The notes under the pieces are model-generated. The model searched no databases. It was not told the DNA's origin and saw only the letters and a program-made list of their open reading frames with translations. The position numbers and the translations under genes are program-made. Below, in pieces: positions 58,862 through 64,000 of a DNA stretch of 64,000 nt; within the stretch, counting starts at the first letter, position 1, and each line of letters begins with the position of its first letter. Origin of the DNA: Pseudomonadota bacterium (GTDB taxonomy: Bacteria > Pseudomonadota > Gammaproteobacteria > Steroidobacterales > Steroidobacteraceae); contig JAJZDX010000011.1 of the NCBI GenBank assembly GCA_021805865.1, positions 1,082 to 65,081 of the forward strand. Direction: 5' to 3'.

Positions 58862-59608
58862 TCAGATGTATTGACCGGCATCGACGCGCAGCACCTCTCC
58901 GGTGATCGAGCGCGCCCCGTCGGAGAGCAGAAACAGGACGGCGACCGCGATATCTTCCGGTCGCGCGAGCTCGGGCAATGCCGCCTCGCGGCGCGCCTGT
59001 TCGAGAACTTCCGGGGGTACGCGCTGCGCCATCTCCGTGAGCACCATCCCCGGCGCGATTGCATTGACGGTCACACCCTTCCTGCCGAATTCCCTGGCGG
59101 CAGTCTTCGTCAACCCGATCAGTCCGGCCTTCGACGCCGAATAGTTACCTTGACCGAATTTTCCACGCAGGCCATTGATCGAGGTGATATTGACGATACG
59201 GCCGTAACCTCGAGCCGCCATGCGCGGAGCAACCGCGCGAATCAAATTGAACACGCCCGTCAAGTTGACCGAGAGCACCGCGGACCAATCCTCGTCGGAC
59301 ATCTTCCCGAGGGTACGATCGCGGGTGATCCCGGCGTTGTTGACCAGCAGCGTTGGCACCGCCGGAAGGCTAGAAACCGCCTTTTCCACCGCTGCCGATT
59401 GAGAAACATCGACCGTCAGATAACCGTACGGGAAATCCCCCGGCTCGCCGACATCGAAGCCGTACACTAGCGCGCCGGTAGCGGCAAGGGCATCGGCGAT
59501 GCTTCTCCCTATACCTCTAGCCGCGCCCGTAACGACCGCAGTCTGGCCATGAAAATCATACCGAAACATGGAGTTGCCCTCGGACACCGCAGCCCCGTCA
59601 ATCGTCAC
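58862..59608 (-). CDS. Short-chain dehydrogenase (FabG-like 3-oxoacyl reductase family)
   Basis: TAVVTGAARGIG, NNAG, catalytic YSASKAG. GTG 59608 overlaps the Rrf2 stop (GTGA); alternative ATG at 59569. Confidence 0.85.
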   Translation of the reverse strand: MTIDGAAVSEGNSMFRYDFHGQTAVVTGAARGIGRSIADALAATGALVYGFDVGEPGDFPYGYLTVDVSQSAAVEKAVSSLPAVPTLLVNNAGITRDRTLGKMSDEDWSAVLSVNLTGVFNLIRAVAPRMAARGYGRIVNITSINGLRGKFGQGNYSASKAGLIGLTKTAAREFGRKGVTVNAIAPGMVLTEMAQRVPPEVLEQARREAALPELARPEDIAVAVLFLLSDGARSITGEVLRVDAGQYI

Positions 59609-60039
59609 GCCACCGTGGACTTAGAGCGTTCGCGCGCCGCGAGATCCCGCAGCGTAGCGATCGTGATCGATCCGAGCGTGGCCCGGATAGAATCGTCGAT
59701 CTCCCGCAGCACGATGTCGAAGGCGGCTTCCTCCGCCGTGCGCCCATCCCTTACGTTCACTTGCAGCCCCAGCGATGCACGCGGCTCGAAAAATTCGATG
59801 ATATCGAGCAGAGTCGTGCGCCGCGCATTGCCGCAGAACTGAAAGCCCCCGCCCGCACCCCGCACCGAGCGCACAAGCCCGGCTCGGCCGAGCACATTCA
59901 TGACCTTGGCCAGATGATTCGTGGAGATTCCGTATTTCGCGGCGATGTCAGCGACGGTCAGCTGCCGATTCGGTTCGGCAACGAGTTCCAGGACCGAATA
60001 GATCGCGAGCTGGCTTGCGATCTGCAACTTCATTGTCAA
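59605..60039 (-). CDS. Rrf2-family transcriptional regulator
   Basis: MKLQIASQLAIYSVLELV....TVADIAAKYGISTNHLAKVMNVLGRAGLVRSVRGAGGGF. No three-Cys cluster-binding motif was noticed. Confidence 0.85.
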   Translation of the reverse strand: MTMKLQIASQLAIYSVLELVAEPNRQLTVADIAAKYGISTNHLAKVMNVLGRAGLVRSVRGAGGGFQFCGNARRTTLLDIIEFFEPRASLGLQVNVRDGRTAEEAAFDIVLREIDDSIRATLGSITIATLRDLAARERSKSTVA

Positions 60040-60578
60040 GTAAGGTCCTTTTCCAGTTCGATGTAGGGTCCAGCCATCATGCCTTCGCCGCGAAAGAACG
60101 ACATCGTCAGCAAGTTATCGCGGGCGACCATGGTGCGCATCTTGTCTATTCCCGCCTTGCGAAACTCCCCGATAACCGCGGCCAACAGGGTTTCACCGAC
60201 TCCCTGCTCCCGCGCCTCAGGCTCCACCGACAGCGCGTACACCCACCCGCACGGTGCCGAGCCGAATTCCCAGGCACGAATCTCACCCAGGATGAAGCCG
60301 AGCACCCGATCCGGCTCCCCGACACGGACTGCGACCAGAAAGATCGCTCCGGCCGAGGCATCCGCCGCACGCCTCTGGCGCCGGCGCAATTCTCGCCAGT
60401 GCTCGGGTTTTGGCAGGTCAGTTATCTTGGCATCGAGCGCAATGACCGCTTCAACATCAGCACGCCCTGCCGATCGTACGGCTATTTCCGCCCTTGCAGG
60501 CCCTTCTGTCCGATCCAGCTGCGCTTCCGTGACCGATGGCCGGGCGCCTCGTGGCATCCCGATGGGATTTCGCTTCAT
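60036..60578 (-). CDS. GNAT-family N-acetyltransferase
   Basis: ..IAVRSAGRADVEAVIALD.., acetyl-CoA loop ..VEPEAREQGVGETLLAAV.., ATGA overlap with the Rrf2 start. Start uncertain (ATG 60578 or 60557; the ORF opens at 60728). Confidence 0.75.
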   Translation of the reverse strand: MKRNPIGMPRGARPSVTEAQLDRTEGPARAEIAVRSAGRADVEAVIALDAKITDLPKPEHWRELRRRQRRAADASAGAIFLVAVRVGEPDRVLGFILGEIRAWEFGSAPCGWVYALSVEPEAREQGVGETLLAAVIGEFRKAGIDKMRTMVARDNLLTMSFFRGEGMMAGPYIELEKDLT

Positions 60579-60813
60579 CCGACGCTTCACTACGCCTCCA
60601 CGCTGTGACCCAAATTCCACCCGAGATCCGCGGGCGGCGAACAGCTGTTCAATTATTCTGGTACGATAATACCTGAGCCGTTGGACCGAGTACAATCTGT
60701 CCGGCTCGCCCCTGCGGGCACTGGACATTCGTCACGCACCACCGATCGCGTCGATCGATTTGTGAACCTTGGCGAACCGGATTCCATCGACAGTTGGTGG
60801 ACCGTAAACAAGT

Positions 60814-60829
60814 ATTATAGTACCATAAT
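60814..60829. promoter_or_regulatory. Imperfect 16-bp inverted repeat in the AT-rich GNAT/Rrf2 - hemerythrin intergenic region
   Basis: ATTATAGTACCATAAT (14/16 self-complementary, centred on GTAC). Its minus-strand reading contains a perfect TATAAT. Related GTAC(N)ATAAT words lie near 60661 and 60692. Confidence 0.35.
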
Positions 60830-61008
60830 GCCTTGTCGAGCTGCGGGATTACAAATCCACGGGGCACGCGGCGCCGGCATGAGGTGCATCACATGTTCGG
60901 CCACGGGTCGATTTCGGGCAGACATCACCTGCGACTCCACCGCAACGGCCACCTGTCCGGTGATGTCGCCGCTCTATTGACAGCCGCCGCAGGAAACGGG
61001 GCGGCGCA

Positions 61009-61500
61009 ATGAGCAGCCGTGTCGCCAAAACCCTGCACGAGGAACATCTGACGACCCTCGCGTTCATCGACCGCCTGGTCGAGATGATTGCCACGGCCGG
61101 CGCACGCAGCCCCGCCACGCGGGACCCCGCACTCGCTCACTCGCTGCATGAGGCGGCCGGGCTCGGTGAGGAGCTCGGCCGACATTTCGATTTCGAGGAA
61201 AAGTCGCTGTTCGAACGCCTCGCGAACGAGGGGGAGGAGGAGATCGTCGCGCAACTCCTGGCCGAGCACGCCGCGATCCAGCCGAGCGCTGCAAAACTCT
61301 CGGCGGTCGCCGCCGACGCGCTGGAAAGCGGTTTTACCGGCACGTCCTGGATCGAGTACCGGACTGTCGCCGCCGAGTTGTGCTCACTGTTGCGTACGCA
61401 CATCGAGATCGAGGAGCGAATGTTGCTGCCGCTTCTCGAGGAATCGCTCGATGCCGATGCCGACGCGCAGCTTTATGCCGAGTATGCCGGGAACCTTTGA
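61009..61500 (+). CDS. Hemerythrin (HHE cation-binding) domain protein
   Basis: 163 aa, four-helix pattern with ..LHEEH.., ..HFDFEE.., ..LLAEH.., ..HIEIEERMLLP... Confidence 0.75.
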   Translation: MSSRVAKTLHEEHLTTLAFIDRLVEMIATAGARSPATRDPALAHSLHEAAGLGEELGRHFDFEEKSLFERLANEGEEEIVAQLLAEHAAIQPSAAKLSAVAADALESGFTGTSWIEYRTVAAELCSLLRTHIEIEERMLLPLLEESLDADADAQLYAEYAGNL

Positions 61501-62331
61501 GGTGCGACAATGACCGAGACTCCGCCCGACCCGGCATCCGCGTCCGCGCATTGAGCGCGGCCGACCTCGACCGACGGCTCGCGATCGATTTCGCCGACCC
61601 CGGACGACCGCGCCGGCGTTTTCTCTAGAAGCGCCTGCAAATGCACGCCGCGACCCGCACCGAATCACTGCAGTTCGGTGTCGAGATCGACGGGCGCCTC
61701 GGCGGCGTGGTGCTCGCCCGAGTGCAACGTGGGAAGTACGGGCGCGCGGACTCGAGCGCAGTCATCGACGTCCTCGACGTCGCTCCCAAGAGTCGCGGTC
61801 GGGGTCGTGGAAAAGCACTGATGGACGCTCCGACGAGCGAAGCCCACACCCGGGGGCCTGACCCTCCTGCACTCGCAGGCGAACCGGACGATGGACGTGC
61901 TGCGCGGTTGTTCGCACGGCCGGGCTTCGAGCTCTCGAGTTGCCTCGTCACAGAACAGTCAGTGACATTGCCATTCGAGGAGAGCCCGGAGGAGATTTGA
62001 ATCCCGAAGCGCACTGTGATGCCGAAACACACAAGCACCAGGGTTCCACAACACATCGGCAAGCCCGCCGAGATCGACTACAAACGTCCGCCATCCCCGT
62101 ACTGCTCTCCGCCGGCCCGAGACCGCGTACCGATACGCACGATTCGCGACGAAGACCTGGCGGCGCGGCGCAATCGAAGTTGACTGGAAAGATCACGACC
62201 GGCTCGCGTTGTTTGGCCGTTGCGGCTTCGCGCCATCACGGATCCTCACGGTCCACCGGATTCTCGATGGGCACAGCGCCGGATCGGCTGAAGCTGCCCG
62301 CTATAGCGCCGAGCAGCTTACCGGACAATAG
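61497..62331 (+). pseudogene. Decayed tandem-GNAT acetyltransferase (in-frame TAG, frameshift, internal deletion)
   Basis: Frame from TTG 61497 (overlapping the hemerythrin stop) reads ..IRVRALSAADLDRRLAIDFAD..RRFL*KRLQ..SLQFGVEIDGRLGGVVLARV..VIDVLDVAPKSRGRGRGKALMD..ARLFARPGFELS with TAG at 61626-61628. A second-domain remnant survives as VPIRTIRDEDLAA and, in another frame, VDWKDHDRLALFGRCGFAPSRIL. Confidence 0.55.
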
Positions 62332-62332
62332 C

Positions 62333-62578
62333 TCAACCGTGCAATTGCCCATACTTCGCTAGAAGCTCGTCGCCTGATTCGACGAAGTCCGGGTTCTGAA
62401 CGATACAGTCGGCGGGACAGGCTAGCCGGCACTGCGGCTCTTCCTCGGCGCCGACGCACTCGGTGCACTTCATCGGGTCGATCGCGTAGATCGGCTGGCC
62501 AGCGCTGATCGCCTTGTTCGGGCAGACGGGCTCGCATGCGTCACAGGCCGTGCAACCCTCGATGATCATCAATGCCAT
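62333..62578 (-). CDS. fdx: 2x[4Fe-4S] ferredoxin (YfhL / Thauera Fdx type)
   Basis: 81 aa: MALMIIEGCTACDACEPVCPNKAI...KCTECVG....PQCRLACPADCI; immediately downstream of bcrD. Confidence 0.85.
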   Translation of the reverse strand: MALMIIEGCTACDACEPVCPNKAISAGQPIYAIDPMKCTECVGAEEEPQCRLACPADCIVQNPDFVESGDELLAKYGQLHG

Positions 62579-62603
62579 TTCTGCAAATCCTCCGTTCAAG
62601 TAT

Positions 62604-63452
62604 TCACGCGGCGCGCGCGATCTCACCGCGCTCGACGAGTCGATCGAACCGATAGGCGCCCCAGAGGGCGGCCCCGAGCGCACCCGCATAAGGGGCGTCC
62701 GCGTGACTGCGGATCGTTGCCGTCATGCCCTTCATGCCGCTCGCCTCCTCATTGAGCGCGTCGACCAGACCGGCATCCAACGCCAGACCGCCCGTAGCCA
62801 GCACGACCCCGCTGTTTGCATTGATCGACTTGAGTAGCTTGACGAGCCGACTGGCCATGGACAGGTGAATGCCCTTGATGATGTTCTGCGGCGAGATCCC
62901 CCGTGACACCATGTTGATTACGTCAGTCTCCGCAAGCACCGCGCAGATCGAGGACACGATCTCCGGATTATCGGCCTGCTTCGAGAGACTGCCGATCTCA
63001 TCCTGCGCAATGCCCAGATAGCGCGCGATGTTCTCGAGGAACTGCCCCGATCCGGACGCGCACTGACTCGTCATCTTGTACTTCAAGACCTTGCCGCGCT
63101 CGTCCATCAATATCGCCCGGCCGTGCAAAGCGCCTACATCGATCACTGCGCGTGCCTGCGGGTCGAGATAGACTGCCCCGCGCGCATGGGTCGTCATCGA
63201 ATAGAAATGGCCGGTGTGAAAGGTGACGCTCTCCCCCTCGCCGGTGGTTGCAACGTAATTGACCTCTTTCTCCGGGATCCCGGCATCCTCCAGTACCTGA
63301 CCGAAACAGGTACGCGCAAGCTCGATCGGGTCCCGCTGCCTGATTCGCAGCAACGACCGAGCCAGCCATTCCGTGTTTCCGTCTTGCACCCGCATCAGCA
63401 CCGCTTTCACGGCCCCCGTGCCGACATCGATGCCCGCTGTGATCGTACTCAT
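62604..63452 (-). CDS. bcrD: Benzoyl-CoA reductase (class I, ATP-dependent) subunit D
   Basis: 282 aa, BcrAD_BadFG ATPase fold. [15 protein letters not shown], ..[26 protein letters not shown].., [33 protein letters not shown], ..[19 protein letters not shown].. are near-identical in pattern to Thauera BcrD as I recall it. Confidence 0.8.
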   Translation of the reverse strand: MSTITAGIDVGTGAVKAVLMRVQDGNTEWLARSLLRIRQRDPIELARTCFGQVLEDAGIPEKEVNYVATTGEGESVTFHTGHFYSMTTHARGAVYLDPQARAVIDVGALHGRAILMDERGKVLKYKMTSQCASGSGQFLENIARYLGIAQDEIGSLSKQADNPEIVSSICAVLAETDVINMVSRGISPQNIIKGIHLSMASRLVKLLKSINANSGVVLATGGLALDAGLVDALNEEASGMKGMTATIRSHADAPYAGALGAALWGAYRFDRLVERGEIARAA

Positions 63453-64000
63453 GCCACGCCCTCCGGTCTCGCACCACCTTCATATGCCCGGCGGGCGAAT
63501 TCCGCTGCGCCGAGCGCTCCCGTATAGATCGAATCCGGGTTGATGTTGATGGCTACGTCGCCATAGTTATCCTTGACAACCTTGCACAATTCACGGACTG
63601 CGGCCTGATTTTTTGCGACACCCCCCGTGAACGTAAACTCGTTGGTGACGCCACCGGAGCGCGAGATTATCGAGATGGCCCGCAGGATGATCGCGCGATG
63701 CAGCCCGGCCACGATGTCCTCGCGCTTCTCGCCGAGCGAGAGCCGGTCACGCAGCTCCGCGCCGGCGAATACTGTGCAGGTCGAATTGATTCGCGCCGGC
63801 CGCTCTGATTTCATGGCCATCGGTCCGAGCTCGTGAAGCCCCATATTCATTTCATCGGCGATGTATCCGAGATAGCGACCGCACCCGGCCGCGCAGCGAT
63901 CGTTCATCTGAAAGCTGGTGACGATTCCGCGATCGTCCACCTGGATTCCCTTCGTATCCTGGCCACCGATATCAAGCACCGTTCGCGTGCGTGGATACAT
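63449..64000 (-). CDS. bcrA: Benzoyl-CoA reductase subunit A, C-terminal part (5' end beyond the window)
   Basis: ..[53 protein letters not shown].., ATGA overlap with the bcrD start. The ORF runs off the window edge. Confidence 0.75.
   Translation of the reverse strand: MYPRTRTVLDIGGQDTKGIQVDDRGIVTSFQMNDRCAAGCGRYLGYIADEMNMGLHELGPMAMKSERPARINSTCTVFAGAELRDRLSLGEKREDIVAGLHRAIILRAISIISRSGGVTNEFTFTGGVAKNQAAVRELCKVVKDNYGDVAININPDSIYTGALGAAEFARRAYEGGARPEGVA

Noticed and set aside
61626-61628. In-frame TAG as programmed readthrough or pyrrolysine
   Set aside because: No pyl genes or context are present. The same gene also carries a frameshift and a deletion, so simple decay is the economical reading.

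Overview
High-GC proteobacterial chromosomal segment. Gene order (rhlB / trxA-rho; holA-nadD-rsfS-rlmH-maf-rng-CN hydrolase-tldD) looks beta/gamma-proteobacterial. About 60 genes are supportable. The left ~11 kb looks accessory and lower in GC by eye: an IS701-type transposase pseudogene, a quinohemoprotein PQQ alcohol dehydrogenase, and a FecI/FecR/TonB-dependent transducer set split by a decayed IS4 element that keeps its terminal inverted repeats. It ends with an unknown secreted protein and a 21-bp repeat array abutting rho. The core block follows, with an atypical cytochrome bc1 locus (petA - dihaem cytochrome c4 - petB - petC - small membrane protein; divergent SDR). I rate highest a ModA-like binding protein, a fused ModB-ModC transporter and a TonB-dependent receptor, where the first and last genes are each preceded by the same ModE-type Mo-box palindrome. 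The rest is mixed metabolism: TSUP exporter, methyltransferases, metC, S9 peptidase, flavin and nitro reductases, lpxL, hemG-like, GFA, cation antiporter, and a GntR-controlled aminotransferase. A CoA-transferase/SDR/Rrf2/GNAT operon and a hemerythrin lie further right. The right edge carries Thauera-type class I benzoyl-CoA reductase genes (bcrA partial, bcrD, fdx). Several genes are visibly broken (frameshifts, nonsense codons, deletions), reflecting either real decay or assembly indels. No rRNA, tRNA or CRISPR array was seen. All calls rest on reading the translations and DNA by eye; no searches were run.
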